From Chrysomallon squamiferum (taxonomy: Eukaryota; Animalia; Mollusca): a stretch of 64,000 bases of DNA. The stretch is from contig CM022665.1 of assembly GCA_012295275.1 (NCBI GenBank), forward strand, positions 7,006,001-7,070,000, in the 5' to 3' direction. The translations under genes and the position numbers were made by a program. Below are positions 41,358 through 55,394 of the stretch, piece after piece (the first letter of the stretch is position 1; the number at the start of each line of letters is the position of its first letter). The notes under the pieces are model-generated. The model was given only the letters and a program-made list of their open reading frames with translations, made no database searches and was not told the DNA's origin.

Positions 41358-43722
41358 GTAAGTTTCCAGTTTCCACTTCCGCCTTTACCTTTTATCCAGT
41401 TTTTGTTTTATTTTGACACTTGAATAATCTGTAATTAGTTTGAATGAATTTGTAAATATCAGTATATATTAACACTAAGTTTAATTTTTAAAAGATCAAT
41501 GTCAAAATCCCAGTATTATATGTGTCGTCGCTGTTTCGATAAAAGAACATTCTGAACACAAATTAAGTAATCAGCAGTTAGGTTTAACAATTAGTTGATT
41601 CTTTATGTATAATGTACTGTGTACGTCAGAATATTCGTGTAAAACACCTTGTTTGTTTGTTTTTAATTTCTGTTACTGAAAGTTTTAATAACGACTTGTT
41701 ACAGTCAGTAAGTAAAAATAAAATAAATAAAAGTACGTTTAATATTTCAGCAACATACACAAAAGTATTCATAATCCATAATGAGATCTGCTATATTACA
41801 ATATATGTAGAAACATTTTTTTTTTAAACAATGTATGGATTTTGGACATATGGATTAGATTGTAGACATTGTGTATCATGTACATACCAATACAATTGCT
41901 AATTTTGATGTGGTGTGTATATGTGCAGTTAATGCTTACTTGTGTTTTATCATGTGAAGTTTATAATGCCAAACGCAATGAGCTTCTGCATAAATGAAGT
42001 TAATTGTTTTATTTCTCAATTCACCACTCTCAAGAGTAGTGAAAGCACAAATGCTGAGTTTGTTGTTGCTTGCAAAAACTATACATCAAAACAAAATAGC
42101 TTTTAAATAACAATGAAAAATGAAAACCATTTCCAAATTGTCTTTTAAGATTTAAACCAGCAATTAAACAAATAATAAAGAAGAAACAGTTAACAACATA
42201 TATGTATTTGAATAACAAGTAAAACACTGAAGTAAAAATGGTTTCATTCCAAAAAGCTGTATTTTTGTTCAGTGATGAAAAGTATAGATTTAATCAAGTC
42301 ACAGTCTCTAGCCACTATTTATAGTGATTTCAGAATAAATGTCTATTTTACCCAGTGATGGAATGATGCCAGTTTCATTTTAAAAAGTTATATCCACCTC
42401 AGTGATGACAACCTGCCATCTTCCTTGATCAGCATCTGTATTTTGTATTATATTTAAACTTTAATCTGAAATCTTGTTGATGTTTTAGTTAGTTTTTCGT
42501 ATTGTTTGATTTCAGAGAACTTGATCCTGGACTTGAAGAGGCTATTGCCAGTGTCATCTGGGCTACACCAAGATTACAGGCTGATGTTATGGAGTTAAAA
42601 ACCGTTACAATTGAATTTTCTGCCAAATATGGGAAAGAATTTGCACAAGCTTGCAGAACAAATGCACTGAATAATGTCAGTGAAAAAGTGATGCATAAGC
42701 TTAGTGTGCAGGCCCCACCCAGAGTATTGGTAGAAAGATATATGGTGGAGATAGCCAAGACTTACAACATTCCTTTTGAACCAGACCCTGTTGTAATGAC
42801 CCAGGATGAGATATTTGCTGCGGAAAACATGCTTATTGATTTTGGGGATGAGAAGAAAGGAAAAGGAGGCAGTGGGGGTCCAAGTGGGGGGATGGGTGCA
42901 CTTGAACCAATTCCTGCAAATAATCCACCATATCCTCCACAGGTTTGCATATAGATTATTTCATTATGTATAATGAATAATTCTGTCATTAGAAATGAAT
43001 GTTTTCTTAAAGAAAATTTAAACTTTAATATTTTTGATAAATACATAAATAATTGCTCGAATAAAAAGATAGGTAAGACTGTGTAAATAAGTGCACTGAA
43101 ATCATAGGTGTTCATCAGTATATATGTATTAATATATTAATACAAATGTATGTCAAAAATTTATCTTGTTGTTAGTGTTGAAGTGTATTATAATCAGATA
43201 TAATTCAGTTTTCAGGAATTATTTTTGTATATTTCCCACATACAACCTGAATTTAATTTACTGTATCATATATATATATGTTAATATATATTGCACTTGA
43301 AGATAATTTTATGCCTGTCGCTAAAAGTTTAATTTTAAATTACTTATTTTCTTGTTTAGGTGCCATCTTCTGGTAAAGTTGCCCCTCCACTTCCTGATCT
43401 CCCTCCAGCAGCATGTCCTTCAGCTCCAGCCCCTTATCCACAGCCAACACCCTATCCCATGGAATACCCAAACCCAGGCATGTCACAACCACCACCACCA
43501 CCAGCCAATCAGCTTTATAATGAGAAACCAATTCCAATGCCTCGGGGCCAGGGACCAAGTCCAGTTCCCAAATTTGAAGATAATTTTCCAGATTTACCAC
43601 CAGTGCCTAACAGTTCTTTACCTGATATTGGAAATACAGTGGGTTCTCAGTCAGCTGGTGGAGAAGATGTTGATTTTGATGACCTGACAAAAAGATTTGA
43701 GGCTTTGAAGAAGAAAAAGTGA
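41089..43722 (+). CDS. IST1: IST1 homolog (ESCRT-III-associated factor), complete: join(41089-41357,42516-42942,43360-43722), 352 aa
   Basis: N-terminal KLKTNLRLVINRLKLLEKKKTELA...RARIRVEHIIREDYLVEAMELLEMYCDLLLARFG, a Pro-rich linker, and C-terminal MIT-interacting motifs FPDLPPVP and DFDDLTKRFEALKKKK. Two GT-AG introns with matching phases. Confidence 0.97.
42516..42942 (+). CDS. IST1: IST1 coding exon 2
   Basis: ttcag|A GAA CTT GAT; ELDPGLEEAIASVIWATPRL...; donor CAG|gtttgc. Confidence 0.93.
43360..43722 (+). CDS. IST1: IST1 coding exon 3 (Pro-rich, MIM2/MIM1)
   Basis: tttag|GTG CCA; ends RFEALKKKK TGA. Confidence 0.95.
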   Translation: MPSSGKVAPPLPDLPPAACPSAPAPYPQPTPYPMEYPNPGMSQPPPPPANQLYNEKPIPMPRGQGPSPVPKFEDNFPDLPPVPNSSLPDIGNTVGSQSAGGEDVDFDDLTKRFEALKKKK

Positions 43723-46048
43723 GATGTCAGTGTTATTGGCACTATCGTTATCTATATATACACTGTACAGTCTTGTGGTTATTACACAAAAACAAAATTG
43801 TTTACGTTATGCTTTTATAGTGAAATGTGTTTTCTTTATTTTCTTTAATTCCTGAATGCATTTAAGAAGATTCAAAACAAAATGTATTTCAGTTATTGAC
43901 ATTTATTAAGACATTTGAAAATGATCATTTAAATTGATTGCCCAGTGCCCAAGTACCTGTTTTTAATGTGGTCATGGTGGAAAACACTTGAAATAAACAT
44001 AAATGTTTTGTCCATTTTATGTAACTTGTTATAAGTATTATTATAAAATAATTCATCATTTAGACATCAGTTACAATTTTGATTATAAAATTTATAAAAG
44101 GATTTTTTTATTTTAAAAATAGGTACATTTTTATTTAGTGTTTTTATTTATTTATTTATTTGTTTATGTCAGTTTCATACAACCAGGCTATAATTATAAA
44201 CATTTTTTTATGATGTTTTTCTTACATTTATATTTCAAGTATTGAATGAAGGTATATTACCTTTTGCTTTTAATAATGGTGTTGTGAAATGCATGTTATT
44301 TTGTTTTCTATATAGCCAACAGCTAAAAATAAAAATATGATGTAAATAAAGACATGTTTGTTTTGAGCTGTAAAGATATATCATTAGTTATTTAAGTGTA
44401 GTTATAGAAATCTTTAAGAGAGTTTTAAAAACTGAATGGTATTCACGTTAGATGCAGTTCCAAAATTTAAAACACTTTTTTGTTCCTGAAAGTATTAGAG
44501 AGGGAACATATAGATTTAGTATCAAGATATTAACATTTTTGTAGATAATTTTTCATGTATTACTGATAGAAAATAAAGCAATATCTCAAATTTGTCTAAG
44601 ATGTGTGTGTTAAGGTGATAGGAAAAATAAATAAATAATAAAGCATATTTCTCTTAAGTGACTGGCATGTAAAATGTCAAGTTGAATCAGATATTTACAG
44701 TGATTCATGATGATGTTGCATTGATATCATCAGTATTTTCCGTTATGTGGAATAGGTATATTATTAAATTCTTTTCCCATTTATTAATATCACAATAGAC
44801 AAAAGTGCACTAAACTGTACAAGTAAATCTAATACAAACTCACATTCAAAATAAAACTGACTTTATTTATTATATTTTGTCTGACCCGACATTAAAAAAA
44901 AATAAACACAAATTAAAAGCTAATGAAAATAAGTTTTCACAGGTTATTCCTGTTTTGATATATAAATAAAAAAGGTGATCCAACCGTTCATGCATGAATA
45001 CTGCCTTAGCAAATAGTGATATGTAATAACCTTTGCAAACAAAATAAAAATGAATGAAACAAAATCATTACCAATAATTATTTTCTACTTTTTTTCTTTT
45101 TAAAATACTACTTAAAAATAAATTTTATGTACAAATGTGGATTTAAAGTCCATAATAATGCTTTATTATAATCATTAATTTGATTTACAAATTGACAACA
45201 ACATGGACAAATATACTGTCAGGGTTCCCAGTTTTCAACATCTGTGGTTTTATATTTTTTGTAACTACTGTTTGATACAGCATTGTCAAGTTACACAGAA
45301 TTTAAATCTAGCGAGTAACAGTGTTGCAACAGTTATGTTACAGCTTACTGTACAATAAAACATTTTGAATAAATATGCTTTTGAAATTTATTTTCAGACC
45401 AAATTCTTGGTCCAAACAAATGTGTTGGAGCATTTCTCTGCAAAGAATTTCAATTTAATGTAATGGTTACCCTAACATTCTTTTCACAGATTGCATTAAC
45501 AAAATACAGTGAAATTGTAAACAAAGGTGTATATACCTACACAAAAGTTTAAAAAAAAGTATCAAATATCTGCATTGGGAGTGTATACAAAAAGAAAACA
45601 TTGCACTGTTTATAATTTATAAAACTTGCACACACGCAGCACCATCACAACATTTATGACAATGAATTGATGTAACATTATGAAATGTTTAAAGGTCAAT
45701 TATAATTTCATTTAAACAGCAGCAGTAAAAACTAACCTAAGGTTTTTTTTAATTTTTCTGTAAAATAACCTTACAAAATCTTGTACGAGTTGAATAAGTA
45801 ATATACTTAGTTCAGGGTAAATACAAAGGTAATCTGTTGTATTTAATCCACCCGTTCTTGATTTATAAGCTTTTTGAATGAATAATGTAATTTCAACATA
45901 ATGTCAAAGAAATGGAAGCAAGTACAAATTTCATTGAAGATATTTTTATATCGCCTAATATTTTAAAAATAATAAATATTGCAAAATTAGTGGTGACACT
46001 TGTCTGACTGCCAATACATATAATATATACATTTATATGTATTTGTAA

Positions 46049-46813
46049 GGGGACACATATGGCTAAATAAAAAAAGAAATTATTTTTTATGCTATAGAAT
46101 AGAAACTTGATGGAAATGATCCCCATTTGTTACCTGAAAAAAAATAGCATTTCTTTATTTTTTTATGACAAACAATTACTTTTAGTTTGGAGTTTTTTTA
46201 AATATTATAGTAACCCATTTCATGAACATCTCCAACCCAAACCAATATAAAAAAAAAATCATTCAAATTGCTGGGGTTCATTACAGACGTGTTTCTACCA
46301 AATAAAAAAAAAATTAGTCTTTATCTAAGTACTTCAAAAGAAATCATTTTTTTTTTAGAAAATAATATGTTTTTCATTCTTGTTTGGAAACAAAATTTAT
46401 ATAAAGGTTATATGAAAAGAATCATTAATTTTTACAAGATTTTCTTTCTGTCATTTTGTACTGTTTGTTTCTATAATATATATGTTCCAAATTTGGAATC
46501 TCTAGCACAGATAGTTTTTGTGCAGCATCCTCCCCAAAGAGGTTAGGATGAAATGTGATTTAAAAATAAAAACAAAAAAACAAAAATAATTTAAGTTTTA
46601 TAAACCAAATTTCACTGATTATATCTCTAGGGGTAATATGCATATTTATTATATTTTCTGCATATATGCACTTCCTTCTGTAAAAAACCTGAAACATTTA
46701 TCCCAAAAAGTAAAAACAATTTATATGCATTTTCTAAATAGTCAAGTCAAAAACTAAAAAAACAATTTTGGTTATTCAAATTATGTCTTTCTTTTTTTGC
46801 CTAGCGTGTCCCC
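46049..46813. mobile_element. Non-autonomous DNA transposon (MITE-like, Kolobok-type ends)
   Basis: GGGGACAC (46049-46056) and GTGTCCCC (46806-46813) form inverted termini, with further loose similarity (GGC..AAAAAAAGAAA). Flanks are GTAA and TTAA. No coding capacity. Confidence 0.62.
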
Positions 46814-48145
46814 TTAATATTATGTGCATTGATTAAAAACAAACTTAAACAAAACAGATTTGTAGTTAGAATTTGTTTAACTTCTACAAGTGTGAATATT
46901 GAACATTATAAACCAGCTACAGTTTGTGACAATCTTTAACTGAAACAAAATGTACATACAGAGAGTATAATTATGTTCGCATAAAATCAGCAATTAAACA
47001 AAAATTCCTTCTTTATAATAATTAATGAACCATGAAACAAATAGCTAACTGATGCAAGAAAAACCATTCACTCTTCACATTAAACAGGACACACCCAACA
47101 CTATCAACAATGTGGTCACAAATTTGTGTTAAAATGTGTAAAATGTTTTTGGAATGTGTGCTTTAAAAGCTTGCACAACACTTCCATTCAGACTAGTAAT
47201 TATTAACATAGTCAGCTTATGTGGTCATTATATTCATAAAGATACTTAATTTAGTCAGACGATTCCTATTTTGTAATAAGTAATTTTCATCGTTTTCTTT
47301 GACCAATTCCAGTATGAGTTGAAAATGCATCACTTAAGACACAATGACACAAATGTATACTTGTGTTAGTGATGCGAACATCTAAATAGGACATGGATGG
47401 CTTACATTATAAATACTGCATTTATTCTTTTAATTTCTCAGTGGCTCTAGTAATTAATCTTGAGAGTATATAAACAAGACAATATATAAAATTGTTTTGA
47501 TTGAAAATTTATAAAGTCATCTGAAAATGATTCTCTACCTCTTTACACATTGAATAAAATACTTTAAATAAATATAAATGTTTTGTCGGTTTTATGTAAC
47601 TTTGTTTTATAAATATTATTACAAAATGTATTATTTAGACACTAGTCACAAGTTTGATTATAAAATTTTACATTATAAAGAATATTTCTAAACAGTATTA
47701 AAATTTTAATATGAATATAAAACGAGTATGTAAATATAAATATTATATTTGCACTGCCCTGTTGTTAGGGTTCAACACTGAATTTTAAATTTGTGTGTAT
47801 GTGTATGTTTGTGCATGCATGCATGTGAAGCAAGCAGAGTTGACCATGTTTTATAAATGCATATTAGTTTAACATGTTTTTGCTGCTGAACCATTAAATT
47901 TTTTTCACACTGTTCAGTTTGAAAACTGAATTACAATTAAAAACTCAAATTAAAAACAATAATAACTACAAGTGCTTTCCTTAAACCTGTAACGACACAG
48001 TACTGTATTTCACCATAGGATAGTGTTATCCTTTGATGATAAAATACTTCAGGAGACATGGACTGGAATGCTTCTGAATATAAATGCTTTATCTGAAGGC
48101 ACTTACTATATAATATTATGAAGAGAATATGTGTTGTATTTTGCA

Positions 48146-48343
48146 TCACTTGACACAGAGAAATGCTCTGACACTGATGAGAAACTGATCAAAGTTGTGC
48201 ATAAATGTTATTTTGCTGTGTCTGTTTATTGTCATGTTGAGTGTGGGCGGAGTCAGGTTAGTGAAAGCCTCCAGTAAACGCTGTTTGTAATCTGGTTCCA
48301 GCTGGTTCTGTAGCAGCTGATTGACAAGATCTCGATATTCATC
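48146..48343 (-). CDS. XPO4: XPO4 exon 25 (terminal)
   Basis: DEYRDLVNQLL...VRAFLCVK*; same C-terminal LCVK as vertebrate XPO4. Confidence 0.95.
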   Translation of the reverse strand, partial: DEYRDLVNQLLQNQLEPDYKQRLLEAFTNLTPPTLNMTINRHSKITFMHNFDQFLISVRAFLCVK

Positions 48344-51300
48344 CTGCAAATCAAATCTAACTTCTTATTCAATAGAAACTATTTTTAGAATCTACAAACA
48401 TAACCTTGGTAACTAATTAAAAAAAATAGGTACTGAAGAAAAAAACCCAAAGGTTATTCGTTTTCTGCTTTGGATTTTTTCATTCGTCACATTCAACTGC
48501 AACTTGTAATAATTATTTTATATTTGTAAAGAATACACCAATGTTTCTTCCATCTTAAAAGTTCTGAGATAACTAAAAATAAACTTAACACCCCCCCCCA
48601 CTAAGATTTTATTTCTTTGTAAAGTGAAGTTTAAACAATGATAAAAAACCACGAACCTGATGACAGCAAATGAGACAGAAGAAAGTACTGCTAGCAGTCT
48701 CCAGGAGGTCCATGTCAAAGTTCTCCAGCAGCAGCATGTGAAACACCAGCTATAAAATCAAAGTTAGATTTTTTGTAAGTATTTAGTCTATTAAGACTAT
48801 TTGTTCTAAGTATCGGTGGTTCGCTGAATTATTACTGAATTCTGTAATAAAAGTAGTAAAAACAAAGAAACTTACCTTGAGAAAATGAGACAGTGTGGTT
48901 TGCAAATAGGTGTGTGTTATGTTGCACTGAAAGATATGAGAGGCCAGTGAGGCTATTATTTCTAAACACATCTTTGTAATATCAGGTCCAAATCTGTTCA
49001 CAGTCAAGGAAATTTTAAACAAAACAGTTTTAAAACAGTCACTTCTACAGTGATATGAAATTTAATGTGTATCAAATTAAAAAATACGTTTATGTTGCAG
49101 TATATGAATATTATCAAATTTTCACCACCTTTATGGTTGTTAGCAATACCTGCTTTTTTTGTCATTTAAATGAATGTCTTTATCAGTTTGAAAATATACA
49201 CATCTGACACCTGGTTATACAACACATGCTCTAATTTAAAATTTGTTTGAAAGAATGAGACCTGATGCTGTGCTCTTTCCCCAATCTATAACTTGCTCTA
49301 TACAATTACTAATAAAACATTTTAAATTCAGTGATCTATTTAAATTATGTTTCACTTCTAATCTTTCATCATTTCTGTTGCTAACAGTAATAGTTTAGAC
49401 AGAAAAGCAATTAAAAGAAGTTTATTCACCTAACCACTTTTCATCTGAACAATTAGGATTTAACTATTTTCAGTTAACACTTCCAAGACAAATAATCTGA
49501 CAATAATTACTAAATTTAAACATTACATGTCCAAACTTCTCTTTACTTAAATCATTGCAGGAACATTTGTCACTGTACATGACATTATCGTATGAATCAT
49601 TTATCAGCAAACAAAACAAAATGTCTTTGTAAGGATACGTGGTTAAACCAAGTTCGACTGAACCCATCAAGGTTTTGAAAAGGTCAGGTGAAAGGTTTGT
49701 AAATTTGCCAGGATGAACTTCGCCAAGAAAGGAAACTAGCTTGAAGTACTGTGAACACAAGGACGGGAACTGAAACAAAAAATATTAAAAAGACCATGTA
49801 ACATAAATAAAACATATGTCTATCATTTTTAGGCAATGAATGAAAAAATATATATTTGTTTAATGACAACCCCTAATGTTTTAATTTTAATTATTATCTG
49901 AGCCAAAATATTTAGTATTTAAATGTGAGAAATGAGTGGAATGCTGCCACTATTCCAGGAATTACTGTAGTCAATAACAACATTTCTGCATATTCCACAG
50001 CACTTAACAAACCAGTGCAAAGCCCTGGCTGTAACTGGAGAAAGCCCAAGTAGAACTGATTCTATTTCACCTCTAACCACCAAGGACCAGCATGCTCTTC
50101 TAACTTAATTTTGATCTAAAGAAATATGTGCTTAACTGTGATTATACCTTTTGTTTTTCTACTTCTTTTTTGGGTAAGAAATTAATAGATAATGGGAGTA
50201 AAAAACTATCTCATAAACATTTACTACTTTTACTAGATCAATAATACTGAGATTCTCAACTATCTGTAACTCTCAAAGCCAGCAAAATGCAAATTTACCT
50301 TGAGCAATTCTTCATTCATTAAAGGCACTATAATATCAAGTCCATACAGAACAACATCAGCTGCTGACATTTCATTGCCAGTCTGCGGAGTGCTGTCTTC
50401 TGAAATGAAAATGTCTTCAAATCATACTTTTTACACATCCAGATATTTTATGAATATGTACTTAAAACTAGTTATTAACTATCGTGCTTCTGAATCAGTG
50501 TGAACTACAAGGTACAAAATATATGTGTTGCAAAATAATTTTACTACAACAATCACAGATGTGCTCACATCACAAGAAATTTAAAAATAGCTATTATTCA
50601 TATAAAACTTACATAACAGTTGTCATAAACTGATTTGCCAATGTTGGTGTGATGAGGATGTTTTAAATTAGATATGAAAATGACAACTATAAGCTGATTG
50701 GCAAATATCAATCATTTGTAATTAATTCATGAGAAAATTATTTTAGCTGTGAAAATTTTAATGGATATGATAAAACTGTTTTACAGTTAGAATACCTGGA
50801 TCTCCGAAATCAATAAAATCTTTAGACAACAGATTTGTTAAAAGTTCCATTACAATGAGTATATCATTGTACTTGTTTTCTTCTTCCTCACTAAAAGCTG
50901 CTGTGCGCTTTCCTGCAAGAAAGCACAAAAGTGCTAATTATATGTATAGAAAGATTTAAAATGCATTTGTGCTTACAGAATTAAGATACATATGTAACAG
51001 ATTAAAAAATATAAATTATAAAAAAAAAAATAATGAAACAAAACAAAGAGAGGATACATTAATGAATTTTATAAGAGATCAATTTTTTTATTTATAAAAC
51101 TTATTACCTGAATTATGTTTAGAATACATCTGTATAACAGATAAACAGAGATCATACAGTTTTTGAGATTTGGCCTGAAATGAAATAAATAGTTGTTAGA
51201 GACCATTAAAACATACTGTTTTGGGGCTAATATACAGACTAAGTATCTTTTCAAAGTGATTATTTTACTGATTTTCCCTGCACAAACACACACACACATA

Positions 51301-54300
51301 CAGCCAAATGGAAATAATACACGTTCTGAATAAAATCAACATTTTTAACAAAGAATTAAAATTAGTATTGTTATTTTATTTATTATCATTATTATTTTTT
51401 AGTTTTTTTTTTTAATTGCATAAATCCAAGCAAAACAAATAATACAGTCAATGAAACAAAAATATAATAACTGAAATGTTCTTGTTTATTCAGTTAACAG
51501 TGGGTAACTGGAGAATGCAGTAAGACTTTCCTACCTGGCCCAGGTAACACAGGTGTCTGTTCACCACCTCTGAAAACAGTTCAAGAATTAGCGGAACAAC
51601 ATCTTCATAGTTGTGATACACATCTGAAAGAGAAACACTCCATATATAACATTCATGTTTACAAATGGGCTGATAAGAATTTGTAAGGGGAAACAATTTC
51701 TAGCCATCTAACGTAACATTAATGAAGGCAGAAAGATCTGTGTTTTTGACATACACACTTTAAAAGCATTAAGTTATTATAAATTAATTTATTTTTCATT
51801 GTATTTGCTTCTAATTTCTCAAAGCATTAAATGCATTTTGTCTGGTTCAGTTTGATGCTAGGTTTAATTTTATGAGTGAACAATTTGTACCTAGAAGTTT
51901 TATGCTCTCTGCTAATAATGGTGAAAGAAACAGAAATATTCTGTCCAAATTGTCCACCCTCGAACCTTCAGCTATTCCCAAAAGAGTTTCCAACAGAATT
52001 ATAACATCTTCCTTCATTTCTTTAGTGTGGCGAAGTTTTGTAAAGTTTTTATTGCAAACAAGTGAGTAAAATCTTTCATGAATAGATTGCAACACCTGAA
52101 ATTAAAATGAAATGCTTATGATAATATGTCAACCCTTTTTACTGATTAATTTATCATAGTGCACAAGAAACATATATAAAGGATGAAAAACACACTGATA
52201 ATGGTTTATAACAATTATTTTCTGTTGTTTTATAACATGCAGTCTGTAAAAATAATTAAAATCTTCAGGTTATAATGTGTAAATTGTTTACACGTAACAC
52301 CTGAATTTGGTATAAAACAATATTTATCATATTATTTTGTCTATTGAATAGTTTGTTTTTATTTAAAATGTATTTGTGGTGGTACAAATAAACTTACTAA
52401 CATATATTTAGCTTACGTTCAAATGAACTATTTCAACATTAAAACCATTTGACATTAGGAAAAAAAACTACAACACAAATCTAAATAAAATGTTTACACT
52501 ATTTATACTATTGCAGGTATGCACAAAATATAACAGTACAAACACAAGCAATAAAATTCAACATAAACATGTATCCTACTAACAATTTCCCAATATTCCT
52601 CACGTAAGCTGCTGTCCCCAAAACCAGATCCAGCCATGACTAGTGCTTTAGTAAGCAGTCGACGACAAGTTGATGAAAGCACAGACACTGTGCTATGATT
52701 TAAAGCTTCCAGCCTCGCTAAATTCCACAAAAGTTCACTTTTCACCACAAATGATGCTCTAAAATAAAAATAAAATAATAATTAAACTTAAATGATAAAA
52801 ATATGATTAGTACTTAAGCAAATGTTTAGCAATCCTGTTACGAATGTTAGTTAGGTTTTTTTTTCATAATGAAGAATTGCATAAACAACAGTATTTTAAC
52901 AACTTTTTACCTCTAATCACTTTGGGGGAAAATAAACCATTGATGTATGATCAATAATGCTTTCCAGTACCATGGATGATAATGAACGATTCAATGAATT
53001 ATTGATTAATGGGTTCTACTTTGAAAGTATAATCCAATTTGATTGATCCTATATGGCTGTATTTAATACATTCCTAAGAAGAGATAAATTACAAACCTGG
53101 TTTTGTGTTCCACTAAAGAAGTTAAAAGTTGCAGTGTGTCTTCCATGAATTTCTCTTCAGCACTCCACACTGTTAAGTTAGAAATTATTTTCTGAAGGAG
53201 AAACTCAATCGTCCATTGTGCTCCTTCTGTGTCACGACCAAATGCAGCTGACAGAGGCATACTTATCTGTAACAGGAGACCACTCTTTATCACAAACATC
53301 AAATTAATTATATCTGCTCTACAAGTTCAGCCTGGACAAAATTGTAGATACATTTTTAAAAATGCACTTTATTTTTTTTCGAACTTGTGGAAAAACAGAT
53401 GGTATTTCGTGTGTGTGTGTAAAACAATGAATTCCAAATACTATTTGTTTAAATATTTAAAGTTGCTGTAGTAACTCTTAAAACGATATAGATATGCAAA
53501 ATCAAACTATCTCCATCAACTTTCAAGATGCTTAATTGAAAAAGAGAATATTCTTATTTACATATTTAAAATAAAATGTATGTACATTCACATATAGATA
53601 TACATACAGAACAAGGTTACACATTAAACAAAGGCTTTTTCTAATGAATGGAAAGGAATTAATACCTGAGAATAGAAGTTTTCATCGGGTAATAAATAAA
53701 CTCTTGCCCATCTGCTGAGAAACCACATGGTACTCCTTCCAACCTGTGGACTGAGACAGTCAGCTAGTTTAGCACCAATAGCTCTAGTCTCCACTTCACA
53801 CAGTCGAAACACTGCCGACACAAGTCTACAACACATTTATTTTATTAAAGAAATTCAGATGATGGGAGGTTTCTTTTTCACATTACTCTTTTGTTTATTC
53901 TTATATTTATAATTCTCTTTACCAAGAAATTACAGAAAACATGTAATTTATCTTGATACAATTTTTATTGTGGTTGTTATGTTTTGTTAGATGATCTTTA
54001 CTGAAGCCAGCAATAGTAATTTTGGAAGACTTTTGTTTGGAAAAAAACAAAACAAAAAACTGAAAATAAAAAATAAAAAAATCAATACAAAATACTTTCA
54101 AAAAATATATATACATTTTTTTGTTTTTTTTGTTTTAACAATTACAAAACAAAAATAAAAATAAAATAAAGAAAAAAGTAAAAAAAAGTAAAAGAAAAGA
54201 AAAATATGTATACAGAGATGTTGAAAGTGACTGTACCTGACAATGCTGTCTGTATTCTGTTCACTGCCTGGTATAGAGCTCAGACTTTCACTCGGAGATG

Positions 54301-55361
54301 CTAACACCTTTAGAGTGGTTTCAATGTTTATATTTTTTGATTGACTAATGGAATATTCCATTATTTCAGAGGGAATCAGTGGTGTTTCACCTTCAGATTC
54401 TTTTGTAAGAATGTGAGCTGAAAAACAATTTATCCATTAATAAATTAACACTTCAAATTATTTTAACCTGCAATTTCTATTCATATCCATTTTAAAATGT
54501 AACAATATTTCAAAATTCAGCAATAACTGACAAAATCTGATGAAGAAAAAAGGTAACACATATCTAACAAATTTTTTTTTTTTAAATTTCCAAATATTAA
54601 TTTTAGTACAGGTACTAAAAGTCAAATTTTCTTTTACACTTGATTATTTGTAAGTGCTCAAAAATGAAAAAAGATTAAACCTGTCACAAGGACCAGCCAG
54701 TGGATATCTTCATGGAGAACATTCAGTACAGACATGTCAATTGATGCATCGTGTAAACCAAGAGACGATCGTTGTTGTTGAAATCTCTGCAGCTGACCAT
54801 GTAACCTACCCACTCGATCTTCTAGAACTCTGAATTATATAAATACACCACACACTGAAGCATCAGTTTCTACATCAATTAGTAAACTCTTACCATTGAT
54901 GAATATAAAACATTTTCATTTAATTTTCTATTTCAGTTATTACTAAAAAAAACAAAAAAAACAACACATGCCAAAAAACAAGTTTATTTCTGTCTCTTTT
55001 TTAATTTAAGAGGGCGACTTGGAGTCCCACACCAAAATAAAACTGTTATTCTTCACAGATTATATATGTGCATTACAGAAGATGTGTATGACACAAATGT
55101 ATTTATAATGAGGCAGATTTTATTAAATTTCTTACTTTGCCAAAAGAGGAATGCTGTGTTCTGGAACAAGCTGACCCAGTGTGCCAACACAACAAAGCTG
55201 ATCCTGAAACCTGTCACGATCATCTTCTTCAATCTCATCTATTTCCTCCGTGTCCTCATTACCACTGCAGGATGCCTGCAAACAAAAATAAGTTTAAAAT
55301 CATATCAGTGATGAAGGTTTTAATAACAAAATAAATAGCCCATTTCTTTCAGAAGATTCTG

Positions 55362-55394
<33 letters not shown>

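Noticed and set aside
42402-42469. C/D-box snoRNA-like arrangement (GTGATGA...CTGA) in IST1 intron 1
   Set aside because: No terminal stem and no convincing rRNA antisense element of 10 nt or more next to a D/D' box; only a mismatched resemblance to an 18S segment. It is also unusually close (46 nt) to the acceptor.
42489-43687. Antisense and alternative-frame ORFs overlapping IST1 exons (89, 117, 86 and 111 aa)
   Set aside because: Shadows of the real coding exons; no independent signals.
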